Origin: the human T2T-CHM13v2.0 reference genome, Homo sapiens
NCBI RefSeq assembly: GCF_009914755.1
Contig: NC_060925.1
Length of the DNA stretch: 64,000 nucleotides
Direction: 5' to 3' (one strand)
Position 1 is the first letter of the stretch; each line of letters begins with the position of its first letter. Both the position numbers and the translations under genes were made by a program. Under the pieces are notes generated by a model. That model saw nothing but the letters and a program-made list of their open reading frames with translations, ran no database searches and was not told the DNA's origin. Below are positions 50,577 to 64,000 of the stretch, piece by piece.

Positions 50577-51519
50577 TTAAAGGGGCCTCAAGGGTTTTTC
50601 ATGTCATTTAATTTATTTTGCAGTTAAGGAAATGAAGGCCTTAGCATTAGTGCTAAAGGCTACTACTATTGCCTTAAGATTTTTTTATATTGTTGATATT
50701 ATAATTTGGTGTATGAGATCTTGGGCTAGAAATTAGAAAACATACACTCTATTTCTAATATTACTTCTTAATAAGGTTATTTACATTTTCTATGTCTTGG
50801 TTTCCTTTTACTTTTAATAAAATCATATTTGGGTTTTCAATTCTTCAAAAGGAAATTTTAATTCTACATAATTATTTAAATTATAAAAAGCATTTTTACT
50901 CTGGTCATATTTTCCCTTTGGTTTGTACTTTCTAATACTGAAGTTATAATAGGAAAATGAAAAGAAAAAAAATGCAATACAAAGTAAAAAAAATTGCTAT
51001 TTTTCCCCTGAATTATTTTATAATACATTCCATAGTGAAAAACCAAAAATGAGTATGTATCAATAAATATACTGTAACTAAAAGGCCCTGAGAAAATATA
51101 ATGCATCATTATCATTTTTAACCACCACCACAGCAAAACAATAGCAGCAATAATTTACTGAACAACTATGTTGCAAGCATTTATGCCCAGTGCTTTACAT
51201 ATATTAATGCATTTAATCATTTTAATACCTAATATGGTAGGCATATTATTACCTCCAGTTTATAGATGAGAGACGTGAGGCTCACAGATTTAACTAGATT
51301 GCCCATGGTCACACAGCTAGTAAGTGGTGGAGTTGAGGTTTCAGGCCAGATATCACTGACTTCAAAGCCCATGTATGCTCTCTCTACTAGCTACTATGCT
51401 TTGCTTAGCTACCATCTATTAAGACTTTATTATATTCATTGTATTAATTTTGCAACTTTTCAGTCAGTTTAAAAATTTGCAAAATAAAAAATTACAGGGA
51501 CAAAAAAGACCATTATTAT

Positions 51520-52770
51520 ACAGGTATCTTAATGTATTATGAGCCAAGTTTCTCTAGTGTATATATCTAGGAGTAGAATTGCCGAGTCATAAGGTATGTA
51601 TACGTATCTTCAATTGTAGTACTTCAATATAGTGAACTATTCCTAAGTATGTAACATTATACACTTTCTACCAAGTTCCTGTTGTTCCATATCCTCATCA
51701 ACACTTGGTATTAGCAGTCTTTTTATTTTTAGCTAATCTGATGGAAATGAGGTAGAATCTCATTATGGTTTAACTCTCTTTGATTATTAAAGAAGTTGGG
51801 AACTCTTTTTATGATTACTACCTATTTTTACCTCCTATTCTATGAAGAGCCTATTTAAATTATTTTGCCTGTTTTTCTCAGATTGGATTGTCTTGTATTG
51901 ATTTCAGAATCTGTACATATTCTAGATGTTAATATTTTGTCAATTACATGTAGGGCATATATTGTCTTATTGTATGGCTGTCTTCTATTTATATTATCTT
52001 TTGACAAAGATAAGTACTTAATTTTATGAATCAGATATATAACTTCTGATAACAGATTATTGTATCATAGAAGAAATCTTTCAATACCCTGCAGTTATGA
52101 AGGTGCACGTGTGTGTGTGTGTGTGTGTGTGCATATATGGATACATACATATAGCTAGACACACACACACACATATGCATATACAAAATGTGTGTGTGTG
52201 TGCACTTTGAAGTTTTATCTTTACTCTTCACATTTAGGTCTGTATCCATCTGGAGTTTTTTTGCATATGGTGTGAGGTAAGCATCTAATTTCTTCTTTTT
52301 TTCCTATATGAATATCTGATTATTCTAGCACCATTTATTGAAAAGACTGTCTCTTCCCACTGCTTTGAAATTCCATCACCATCATAAATCAAGGATCCCT
52401 CTATGAAGAATCTGGTAAGGGTCTGGTCTTTCAATTCTGACTCATTAGTCTATCTGTCTGTCACTGTGTCAGTATAACATTGATTTTTAAAAATATGTCT
52501 TGGAACCTGCTAAAGTGAGGCTTTCAACCTTCTTTTTCTTCAAGAGTACTTTATCCATCCTTGGCCCTTTATACGTATCAATATATTTTAGAATCATCTT
52601 GTCAAGTCTCAAGAGAAAAAAAAACCCTGTTCATTTTTTGCTGCTTCTTTTTAGATCAGATTAGAAGCTGCAATTGCTGGTTGGGGTTGCTGACTGAGAT
52701 CACACTGCATCTATAGATTGTTTCGGGGAGAACTGACATCTTTATAATATTGAGTCCTCCAATCCAGGAA
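51520..52770 (-). mobile_element. Old L1M fragment containing a TG/CA microsatellite (52105-52203)
   Basis: ctaggagtagaattgc...ctagcaccatttattgaaaagac...ggggagaactgacatcttta. Confidence 0.7.
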
Positions 52771-55700
52771 GCCACAAGCCATGTTAAGTCTTTTTTATAC
52801 CTAATGCTAGCTCCTGAGAGCTAATCTACTTTTGATATGTGAGTGCCAAGGTTACTTAAATTTGGCACTTCCTTTTCCCCAAGTATTCCAAATCCTACAA
52901 ATATAGTCTATTTTCCTCTCAACTCCTAAGATGATAGCCCTAAAATAGAATGCTACATCATAGTTCCATGGTCCAGAATTGTGCTTGATCCAGGAACTGA
53001 GGAGGAAACCCAAATGATCTGTGGCTCTGAGGATATGAAAAATATCTTTCAGGTAATTGAGAACAAATATAATCTTACACTCAAAATCACAAACACACAC
53101 ATAAAAGGCTTTCAAGTGATGAAATCCCCAAATCATAATCTAGAAACAATATTTTTAAAATAATTCCTACTTGAGAATTGAGAGAGAGAGAGAAGTTAGC
53201 ATAGAATGAGTACCTATTAGCGAGGCTTCCTCCAGGACCTAGGAACCCTAACCAGCTCTGGATTCCTGATATGGGAATAAGCAAAGGAATTTTCAGTGCA
53301 GTAAGAAATGATTAATGGGCTTTAGGGACTGATTGATGAAGAGAGAAAGCAAAGCAGAAAAACAAACTCTGAAGTTAATAAATGGAAAGGAAAAAAATAC
53401 CATCCTGAAATACTTGACCTAGGAAGATAAGGGACTGTTTATGGTAATGTAAAGGGTTATAAAGACCAGGAATTTTAAGTTGAAAATAATAGGAATATTT
53501 TCACATATATTCCTCCATCTTCAAACTCAGAAATTATTCCCCAGGAGAAATGGAGAAAACAAATTCTTGAGAAAACTAGAAGAGAAAAGCACCAGAGAAG
53601 AGACTGTGGGAAAAAAGTATTGTGACCAGTGGGAATGGGCTAGAAATGATCTAATACATCTTTTCCATTCTCTAGTTCCTGGGATTCTATACATTAGTGC
53701 AGAGGGAATGATATTATCAAGCAATGAGACCAACGAGAAGTGTTTTGTTCAATTTTCAAGGCGCTGTTAAAAAAATACAGCCTCTAAATGGGAACTGGAT
53801 ACCTGGTCTTAAAAATATACAGAGAGCATCCTGCTCTTCTGCAGTGAGTTTATGTTCCCGTCTGTTCCCTCTGCAGGAGTCAGCAGGCGGCCTGACGGCA
53901 TGGCAGGGGAGACATGCCAGGTACCATGAAATCATGGGGTTGGAATGTGGAGTTTGGGTGGTGGGAGGATGGGGGTTCTGTGTTCAAAAGCACTAGAGTT
54001 AGAAAAGAATGAAAACGAAAGGAGCTTGGGCTTCCCATGGGTTTGGACAAGAGACAAACCACAAAGAAAACAGCTTCTAGCCTAGCCCACAGGCATTCAT
54101 TCAAGGGGAAGCCTGGAGCATCAACCTACAATTCCATCACAGTATGCAGAGGATTAAAAAAGAAGCATGTTAGAAAGTAGGTCTTCATTTCATTTCAGGC
54201 ATATTTCCCTGGTAAATGCCACTTCCAGCCTATACATTTATTGGCTCATTTTTATAACAGAACCAGCAGTACCAAATCCCTGGGGAGCTTCAGCTCTAGG
54301 ATTTGACATATACTAGAAGAGAGGGTGGGTATTCAAATCAAAGGTAGAGCATACTTATCATTTTGACAGACATAGCTGAAACTATTCCTGTTGTAAGGTA
54401 CTGAGCACATCCAAAATGTGTAATTTCCTTAATTTTCTTACTGTACTCAAAAGCAATTGAAAATTCCCAAGTTATTAATTATGGCAAAAGAATTTTTGTG
54501 ATTAGGGGAGCTTCTGTCTTTAATTTCAAGTGAATAAGATCCATCAAAAGAAGGCTGCCTACTAGCTTTGAAACACTTTCAGCTTCAGTACAGTGGTGAG
54601 AAACAGACTTCAACTAAAGATTTCAAGACTCTTCTTACAAAGTCCTGCTTGTATCCAGCTGTAACAGCAATTGTTCATTCATCACACTTGTTTTAACTAC
54701 AGTCAAAGGTAAACCACAAACTTGGCTCAATGGCCACACTATGTCTTATTGGTTACATAAATGGCATTTTATCACAGATTGTAATAAAAAAGTATTCAAT
54801 AACATTACCAGGTAATTGGGATGAAAATCTCTTTCTATAAGTCTATTTATTCTTCTCATTGTATATAAATTTTAAAATATTGTTTAAAGCTGTCACTCCT
54901 TAGCTCTGTTAGTGTTTCTCAATTCTATCATCTACATTGCCCTACTATTTCAATCCTACATTCCTGAAATTATCTTCAACATTTTCTTGAAAATGCCTCT
55001 ATTGGCAATTAAGGATTGAAGAGCTGAAACAGAGAAGACCCGGCGTGACACTGGTGCTCCTCTGAAGGTTTGGCCATGCCTCAGCATTGTTCTGCTACAG
55101 TCAGCTCTTTCCTCCGGAAAGCACTGGAGAGTCCAGGTCTGTTAAGAAATGCTCACTCAGCACCAAGAAAAATGGGTTCATCATTTCTAAGCATCTGCTT
55201 AGAAATAAAACCAGATGCTCAGACCTAGGAATCAATAGAGTAAATATTAATTCAGTATAAGAGAAAGAAGGTCCTACATCACCTCCAAATAAGAAAAAAT
55301 ATGGAGGCCAACAATTAAAACTGAAGGAAAAATATTTTTAAAAAGAAAGAAAAAGGAGTGACTAACCAATTAGACTGTGAGCTCCTTAAGGGCATAAATG
55401 ATAAGCACTTAATATGTATTGTTAGTTCAGTAAAAGAGTTTAAAAGGAATCAACTTAATTCTTAAAAATATTCCCCCACAGGCTTATTTAGGCCATTTTC
55501 AAATTTCAAGAGTTACACATCTATTTTCCTTACACGTGCTGTACCTACCATCCTTCTATCATGTGATGGAATGCTTTTGCAGATGTATTTTCCTTCTTGT
55601 GATGAAATTTAGCTATCAGAAACATGCCCTGGCCCTTTCATGTACTTCATCTCATGTAGTGAAGGTAGGAATCATAGGCATCATTTTCTAGGGAAGGACA

Positions 55701-56007
55701 CTGCTAAGTTAAATAACCTGCATAAAGTCACAGGCAGGTGAGTCAGATCTGGATCTGAGCTCTTGCCACTGGACTCCAAATTCTATATTCCTTCCATCAC
55801 ACTGAACTGAATGCAATTTAGAACTTCTTGGCTTCAAGCATCCCACTCCCACCCAACCCCTCTCCCCAACACACTTCTCAGAAGGGGAAAGTGTACCATG
55901 GAGATGTTAATGAAAAGGCCAAGGGCATACAACTAGTGGCACAGCTGGAGCCACAATTCAGAACTCCAGTGCTCTGGCCACCACACCACATAATGTTCTT
56001 CCCCAGG

Positions 56008-56715
<708 letters not shown>

Positions 56716-57390
56716 CCAGGTTTTTAATTTTATACTGTTCTTTTCTTCTGTAGTTATTTCTTTTGTACCTAAACATCTCTTTGGGCTATTTTCTTCAGGT
56801 CTTTTTTTCTGTCTCCCCAGCAGGAAGAAATGATAAAATATAGAGTCATGACACTTTGGCTCCCAGGAAGGATTACATCATCACCTCAGGGCAGCTAATC
56901 TATATTTAAATGCAAAGGTTATACGTAAGTAAAGAATAAGGAGGCAAGTCTTTTTTTGTCTTAGATGCTTAAAACTAAATTAACAATTATCTAAACATGA
57001 CATAAATAATTAGAAAATTAAATGTAGTGCAAAATATTTTAATTCCTAATAACACTACTTGCTAAACCAAATCAGCAAGTGTCATATTCTTGCCATAACA
57101 TACTAACTAACACAGCATATTATTATCTTGAACAGGACAGTAAGTACAGGTAATCGATCAAGAAGCACTACAATTTTAAAAGTACAAAAAATGATATAAA
57201 ATGTTTTAAAAATTTAGTTTTTCCTCATACGATGTTTTTTTTTTTTTTGAGACAGAGTGTCTCTCTGTTGCCCAGGCTGGAGTACTGTGGACGATCAGAG
57301 CTCACTGCAGCCTCAAACTCCTAGGCTCAAGCAGTCCACCCACCCTCCCAAGTAGCTGGGACTAGACGCACACACAACTACGTCGGCTAA

Positions 57391-59229
57391 TTTTTTTTTT
57401 TGGTATAATTCTATTTATATGAAATATCCAGAATAGGCAAACCCATAAACAGGAAGTCAGTTGGTGGTTGCTAGGGATGGGGAGGAGGGAGGAAATGGAG
57501 AGTTCTTGTTTAATGGGTACAGGGTTTCATTTTGGGATGATAAAAAATGTTTTGGAAATAGACAGAGGCGATGGTTACACAACATTGTGGATGTTTAGTA
57601 CCAAATGTCACTGAATTGTTCCCTTTAAAATGGTTAACTTTATGTTATGTGAATTTCACCTCAATACAAATAAATAATAAATACGTTGCAAGGAAAAAAC
57701 TTGGAAAGAGGCCAATCAAACAAAAAAGTTGTAAGGAAAAAGAAAAGACATTAAACATTTTTTTAAACAGGAGGTTTTGGGCATGGAGCTGGTTGATCTT
57801 AAAAATCCTATCCCATTCATTCACATCAAGCTGTCCAAACCGAGTAACTGGAAAGGTCCCACGATGCTGAGCTCTAAACATCAAACACAAAACTAGAATT
57901 CTGGAATTATCTGGTATTTTCCCTTTCCTGAAAATTCCATCTTCAATTGGTTCTACGGGTTCAAGAGCCATATTTATGAATCAACATTCAGGGCACGTAC
58001 TCTGGTTCAGGGACAATGAATGGTACGAAGAATATCTAGGATATGTAGCTGTTGAAACTGCAGCCCTCTCAATGACTCTAATACTCAAGGAGTTAAAAGA
58101 ATCCAGCCCCAGGAGTTTTAGATACAAAAATAGTAACAATCCAACTGAATTTGACTGCATTTAAAAAACATAATTATTTCCAAATCTACCGAGCAGCTGA
58201 ACAGTCTTCAGTGACGCCTACAGTCACTGGAATTCAAAGACTCCTGCTCCCGGCAGCGCTGGGTCCTTTTATGCCTATGGGATTTATCTCAGCTCCTACC
58301 TCTACTTCTATGACTACGCCCTTCAGAACGCCCGTTGTACGGGCTAGAAAGTGTGCCTGAGCTCCGCCCTCTGTCCTTATCCCTGGTCTTTTCTTCTCTT
58401 GCCTCCCTCCTGCTTGAGGACCTGTGCTCGTGCTTGGGTTTCTCCTTCTTCAGCTCCCTCTCTCGGTTCTCTGCCCAACCAGAGTAGGCAGTCCTGGCCT
58501 TGGGGAGCTTCCGCCCCTCCCTGGGCACTGACTTCTGAGCCCTCTCCTAGTTCTTGCTGCTGTGCTTCTTAGGGCCAGGGTTGTCCTCTTCCTTTACTGT
58601 CTTGCTTCTGGGTGACGAAGAGGATGGTTGCTCTGCCTGTACCTCCCAGTCAGTTGTCTCTTTTTCTTTTTTTCCTTTTTGTCTTTTTTTGCGCTTTTTT
58701 GTTGGTTTTTCATCTTCAGAGCTCTCAGACAAACTTGGTGAGGGGGTACGAGCCCCACAGCCCTTCTCCTGGAGCTCTTTGGTCACATCATCCATTTCTT
58801 CTGAGTCCTTAGGAACGCAATAGTTAGACACATGATCCACTCGGATAGTTCTTCCTTTGATCTTGATCCCATTAAAATTGTCAATGGCCAGAATTGTGCT
58901 CCTCTGGTCTTCATAGCAGAGGAAACAGAATCCTTTGGATTTCCCAGTCTTCTTGTCCCACATGAGATTAATGTTAACAATCTCCCCATACTGTGAGAAC
59001 ACACAGATGATGTCCCCTTCAGTCAGCTCATAAGGAAGCCCTCCCAGGAAGATCCAGGCACTGTCCTTGTACTCGGAGTGCCAGGACACCTTATCGGCCA
59101 CCCCAAGCTGGACCTCTCGCTCATTCAGCTCATTGATCAGCTTCACCTTAGTTAAAGGGTTCATCTCCACGGGCCCAAACTCAGCGTTCAGGTATCAGTG
59201 CCCAGGCAAGGCAGTGTGGCACATACCCT
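57391..59229 (-). pseudogene. RBMX2P3: Processed pseudogene of RBMX2 (RRM protein, Snu17/IST3 homologue); ancestral CDS 59164-58208
   Basis: Intronless MNPLTKVKLINELNEREVQLGVADKVSWHSEYKDSAWIFLGGLPYELTEGD... matches RBMX2. In-frame TAG (58547-49) and TGA (58289-91), poly(A) remnant 57391-57401, TSD ggctaatttttt at 57385-96 and 59230-41. The pseudogene number is from recall and less certain than the parent gene. Confidence 0.93.
57402..57670 (+). mobile_element. Old L1M (L1MB-like) 3'-end fragment inside the retrocopy 3' UTR
   Basis: ...atatccagaataggcaaa...gtttaatgggtacagggtttc...aaaatggttaactttatgttatgtgaattt resembles the L1MB 3' UTR. Confidence 0.75.
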
Positions 59230-61092
59230 GGCTAATTTTTTAAATTTCTCGTAGAGGCAAGGTCTTGCTATCTTGCCCAGATTGGTCTCAAACTCCTAGC
59301 CTTAAGTGATCCTCTTGCCTTGGCCTCCCAAAGTTCTGGGATGACAGGTGTGAGCAATTGCACCCAGCCTTCATAAGAAAATTCTAACATTGATTTTCAA
59401 GTGTTCATTCTGGGGGTATATGATATTTTCATTATCTCTTGTGGCCAACTAAAGGCTTATCATACCAACAATTATCACTGCTCACACATCCACATTGACA
59501 CCTGCCTGATTCCCCTCTTCAGCTGATTATCTGAGAACATTCATCCTTTGGCCAGCAGCTGAGATATGTGGCTATCCACACCAAGTCGTCAGACTGTTAC
59601 TAAACATGCGAGGATTAATTACACTAGTTTTAATACTTTTCTAACTGTGTACCCTTTTTCAAATATAATATTCTTAGATGTGCCTAATAAGTGGAATTGT
59701 CCAAAGAAAAGCTTGAGAGGTGGATGGATAATAGCAGAGTCAGTGGGGGAGCTCTGGTGGGTCCCTGACTGCTCTTTTGACCTCACCCCAGTCAAGCACA
59801 AAGGGGGCTTCTCAGAGCACAGTCTGAAAACCGCTTTCAGACATTTTCAAAGTATTAATATTTTGTTGAAATTGAAACTGTCTTCCTCAGGGTATTGGGG
59901 AATATACAGGAGAAGAAAGATACTAAAATATGGGATAGAGGTGCAAATATCACATATACTGACTTAGCATAACTCTTCTCATTTCTTCCTCTGAGACAAG
60001 ACTCTGACTTTGTGGGGTGGTCAATGCCCTTCCCAGTCATTCTCCAATCACACCACCTGGGGAACTCAGCTGACTACTTGCCTTTCTTCTGTAGAGTACT
60101 CCTCTCTGCATTCACACTCTTCCACCATCCTAGAATGCCCTTTCACCTCTTTTCTGCGTGGGGAACTCTCCTTGGTCATTAAGCCCTAACAATCTCTCAC
60201 TGATTCTGAGACTCTTAAACATGCTTCTTCCTCCTACCAAACACACCCACACCTGTTCCATGCTCCACCACACACACCACCAATGTCTCTCTTTCTCTCT
60301 CTCACTCAGAAGAACAGATGCCTCCTTCATCAATTCTTCATTATTGCACATATCACATTGATAACTTGGTAAATATTTTTTTATTTGCTCCATAGATATA
60401 TTTTCCCACCTAGAATATGAGCTCTTCTAGGGCAGGGACTATCTTTTCCTTCTTTATATACCCAGTAAATAGCACAGTGCCAGGTATGTTGTGGTCCCCT
60501 TATAAATGTTAACTGAATCATGACAAATCCTTTCTCCCATACTTTAGTTCCAAATGTAAAGGGTAAAATAACTATAAAGAAAATAAGTCATATGTTTCAG
60601 TTGCAGGCAATTGTTAAACAAGTTACGTTCTAAGAGTTTGTTTAAAAATTGGTTCTTTGAAACTCAGAAATTGGGTTCTTTAAATGGGAAGCAGACCATC
60701 AAAGTCTCTCTGAGCCTACAATATTCTTGAAGAATGGTTTTAACAGCATGATTTCAGCTGTACCTAACCAGCATCCATAAAATTGTTTCTGTGGGAAAGT
60801 GGAATCCGAGGTCCATTTTGGACACCAGAAATCTATTCAGTGGTGGCTTTGATTTTGTATTAGAAAGGACTTAAGGGGAGCAATTATGCATGCAGAGGAG
60901 GTTGTATTTGCATATACAGTAAATTGTTTTTAGTTAGATTGTATGATTACTTTGAGGTGGAGTAACAGGTTAAACATCCTCATGCATTAATTGCCTTTCT
61001 TATTGATATTGTATGGACTGTCAGAGGCAGCAGCCCTGGCCACTGCTGGTGGAAAAGTAAAGAGCAGAAAGAAGGTGAGAGGAAGGGATTAC

Positions 61093-61585
61093 AGCAGAGG
61101 CTCTCAAAGTGTGTTTCCAGTACCAGCAGTAGCATCATGGCTTGGGAACTTGTTAAAAATGCAGTCTTGGGTTCCAACCCAGACCTACTAAATCAGGAAT
61201 TCTAAGAGCGGGGCTTATCCCAGAAGAAGAAATGAGAAAATTTATGCGGCCCGGGCTTTAACAAGCCTCTTCAGTGATTCTGATGTATGCTAAAGTTTGA
61301 GCGAGGTTTTTGGGCAACAATAATCTAGTCTTAAAATTCACTTCAACTGCAGAAAATGAGGTACAGATAAAAACATTATGAATGAAAAAGAGAAGGTCCC
61401 TTCTAAGCCAACAGTTCTCAATCTTGGCTGCACTGCAATCACTTGGGAGCTTTAAAAAATACTGATGCCTGGGCACCACCCCCAGAGATTCTGATTTAAT
61501 CAGTCTGGGATTTGGCATGAGCAATGGGAGTTTTAAAAGCTCCCCAGGTGATTCTAACATGAAGCCATGAATGAGAAACCACTGT
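61093..61585. mobile_element. MER5A (61093-61310) and MER5B-like (61410-61585) MITEs
   Basis: cagacctactaaatcagg, gtgattctgatg..ctaaagtttgag; ccccagagattctgatttaat. Confidence 0.7.
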
Positions 61586-61643
61586 TCTAAGCCAACTGCT
61601 ACATAATTATCTTCCAAAGCTGCCAACCTGCTAGGAAACACTG

Positions 61644-61646
<3 letters not shown>

Positions 61647-61692
<46 letters not shown>
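61647..61692. repeat. Perfect (CA)23 microsatellite
   Basis: Direct reading. Confidence 0.95.
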
Positions 61693-61694
<2 letters not shown>

Positions 61695-62983
61695 TAAAAG
61701 GACTAAAAATGTGAAGAGTAAGTTCACTTGCTAGTAATTTACATTTCAAGGTAATGAAATCTCTAATGCAATGATTTAATCATGTATAGGCAGAGGCCCC
61801 TTTGGCTCCCAGCAGTTTGGATATTACATGCGGCAGCCACGAAGGACAGAAGATTATGACGCTGTGGTCGTAGCCTCTATGCTGGTGAGAGAAGACATCT
61901 ATGACAACAAGTAGGCATGCTATCTTCGATGGCTAGGTAGACTTACTTGGCAAAGTCCAATTCCATAAATCTCTATGGCTCAGGGATTCAGAAAGCATAT
62001 ATAGCCTGGACATCACCAAGGAAGTAACACCACTGAGGAGTGTTCAACATCAGTAATGGATTGGAGACAAAATTATCTCTGCATAGAGATACTGTTTTTA
62101 CCCATGTCCCTGCTTGGCAAACTCCCTACTTCCTTCTGATCTTTCCTACCAGAAAGTCTGGATTCAACACTCGAGCACTGTAAGTGGGTCTCATGGTTAG
62201 CTCAGTTGGTTGGCCAAGACCTGGACTAATATCATGTGGCCTTGGCTAAGTGAAGCTGAGATGCCAGTAATTCTTATATATAATGTATGATATAATTCCC
62301 TATCTCAAGTGTTCTGAACCTTTGAGAGACAGTGTGAATTTCTTACAAAGTACTCACAATCCAAACAGGAAAACACATTTCTAAAGTTAGTTTCCTGGCA
62401 TAAAATAGTTTACAAAAAAGGGAATTTTTTTGACTGTTATTTCACCTCTTCCAAGAGCAAATAAGTCTCATGTTCCAGCTAATCATGGCTCCCTTTCTCA
62501 TCCAACCTGTAGACTGATATAAGACTACAGGGTGTTCCAACCACATTTGCATCATCAGACCCTTCTGTCAGCTCAGGTTGTTAACTCAGCCTTATAGTAA
62601 GTTCGAAGAATGACAAAACCAAGCACTAAAATATGATTGTGATAACTAGCTTGGTTATAAACCATGGCTGAGAAGCAGAATCTAGTGCCACACTGCCGGG
62701 ATTCAAGACTTTGCCCAGTTACTTATGTGGCGTTGAACATGTACAAAATAGGGATAATAATAGTACCTATCTCAGAGGGTGGTTCGGAGGACTGTGACAA
62801 GTTTATTAGTATAACCCTGGCACAGAATAAGCTCTCAGTAATCTAACCATATCTGGAGATCAAAATTTTATTTTATTTTGACCCAACCATTCAATGTATG
62901 GAAATCTGTCCTATAGAAATACTCACACAAGAATGTAAGAAGATCTGGTGTTCCCCCTGATCATTTAATTACAAAAGAATTAT

Positions 62984-63365
62984 ACTGGTACATATACACC
63001 ATGAAATTCTATGCAGCCATAGAAAGGAATGAGATCATATCCTTTGCAGGGACATAGATGGAGTTGGAAGACATGATTCTCAGCAAACTAACCCAGGAAC
63101 AGAAAACCAAATACCACATGTTCTCACTTATAAGTGGGAGCTGAATGATGAGAACACATGGACACATGGTGGGGAACACCACACACTGAGGCCTGTCAGG
63201 TTGGAGAGGGAGAGCATCAGGAAGAATAGCTAATGGATGCTGGGCTTAATACTTAAGTGACAGGATGATCTGTGTAGCAAACCACCATGGCACACATTTA
63301 TCTATGTAACAACTCTGTATATCCTGCACATGTAGCCTTGAACTTTAAAGTTGAAAAAAAAAAAA
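62984..63365 (+). mobile_element. Short older L1PA 3' end
   Basis: L1 3' UTR with poly(A). TSD aaaagaattata. Confidence 0.85.
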
Positions 63366-63814
63366 GAATTATAAGCAACTAATGTCCATCACTAGGGGAA
63401 ATACTAAATAAGTTACAGTTTTCTTTTTATATAATGAAATACTATGGAATAGATACGAAGGTAGGTCCTGTTAAGTACTGAGAATTGGCACAGGGTGGAG
63501 GTGAGGAGCCCAAATCTAGAGTCAGACATGTGAGTCCAGTGCCAGCCTTCTTGTGCACTGGCTGTGCTTCCTTGTACAAATCACGGAACTTCCTTAGCTG
63601 TAAAATGGGAGGAATGACAGTACTCCCCTGAAGGTTCTATATAGACATTTGTTAAATAGATAAATGCTGACAAGGAAGACAGCCTACATACCTAACTTAC
63701 TAGTGGTTATACAAGGAAATGGGAGTAATGATTTCCTTTTTGACTTTTTGTATTGTTTAACTTTTTAAAAAACGCATGTCATTTTTCTGTCACCAAATTT
63801 TAAAAATAAGCCTG

Positions 63815-64000
63815 GGCCAGATGCAGTGGCTCACACCTGTAATGCCAATACTTTGGGAGGCCGATGTGGGAGGATCACTTGAGCCAGGAGTTTGAAATCA
63901 GCCTGGTCAACGTAGGGAGATCCTGTCTCTACCAGAAAAAAATAAAAATACACAAATAAATACAGGAAAATTAGCCAGGCATGGTAGCACATGCCTGTAG
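63815..64000 (+). mobile_element. AluJ (runs off the window edge)
   Basis: ggccagatgcagtggctcacacctgtaat...ggaggatcacttgagcc. Confidence 0.85.

Larger units (their letters stand above)
57235..59369 (-). mobile_element. AluJ-type element split by the RBMX2 retrocopy (right arm 57235-57390, left arm 59230-59369)
   Basis: Both Alu arms are recognisable, in the same orientation, and joined through the duplicated linker. Confidence 0.85.

Noticed and set aside
59195-59206. 12-nt inverted match (tcagtgcccagg) to 58520-58531, suggesting twin-priming inversion
   Set aside because: The segment reads as a CpG-decayed RBMX2 5' UTR in the same orientation as the CDS; the match is too short.
62190-62220. 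tRNA-like A-box ggttagctcagttggtt
   Set aside because: No B-box or cloverleaf follows; at most a decayed tRNA-derived SINE remnant.

Overview
Primate (most likely human) genomic DNA containing the 3' part of WARS2, the mitochondrial tryptophanyl-tRNA synthetase, on the minus strand. Coding exons 2-6 are resolved to the base with canonical GT-AG junctions: 49550-49807, 18766-18846, 15448-15533, 7279-7397 and 6095-6543. The 3' UTR is about 1.7 kb. Exon 1 (targeting peptide) lies beyond the right edge. Intron 1 holds an apparently full-length RBMX2 processed pseudogene inserted into the A-rich linker of an AluJ. The rest is typical repeat-rich intron: many Alus, a full-length THE1A provirus, MLT/LTR1 LTRs, L1/L2/CR1 fragments, MIRs, DNA-transposon MITEs and microsatellites. 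I found no convincing novel biological system. The best leads are (i) a possible loss of the alternative last-exon acceptor (GG where AG is needed) on a haplotype that also encodes Pro267; (ii) a one-base DUX4-to-AP-1 motif switch between the two THE1A LTRs; (iii) the nested RBMX2 retrocopy, which keeps a 205-codon RRM ORF and carries an ancient L1 fragment; and (iv) candidate cryptic exons in intron 2. Repeat subfamily names and comparisons with reference proteins come from memory, not from searches, and repeat boundaries are approximate unless a TSD is cited.
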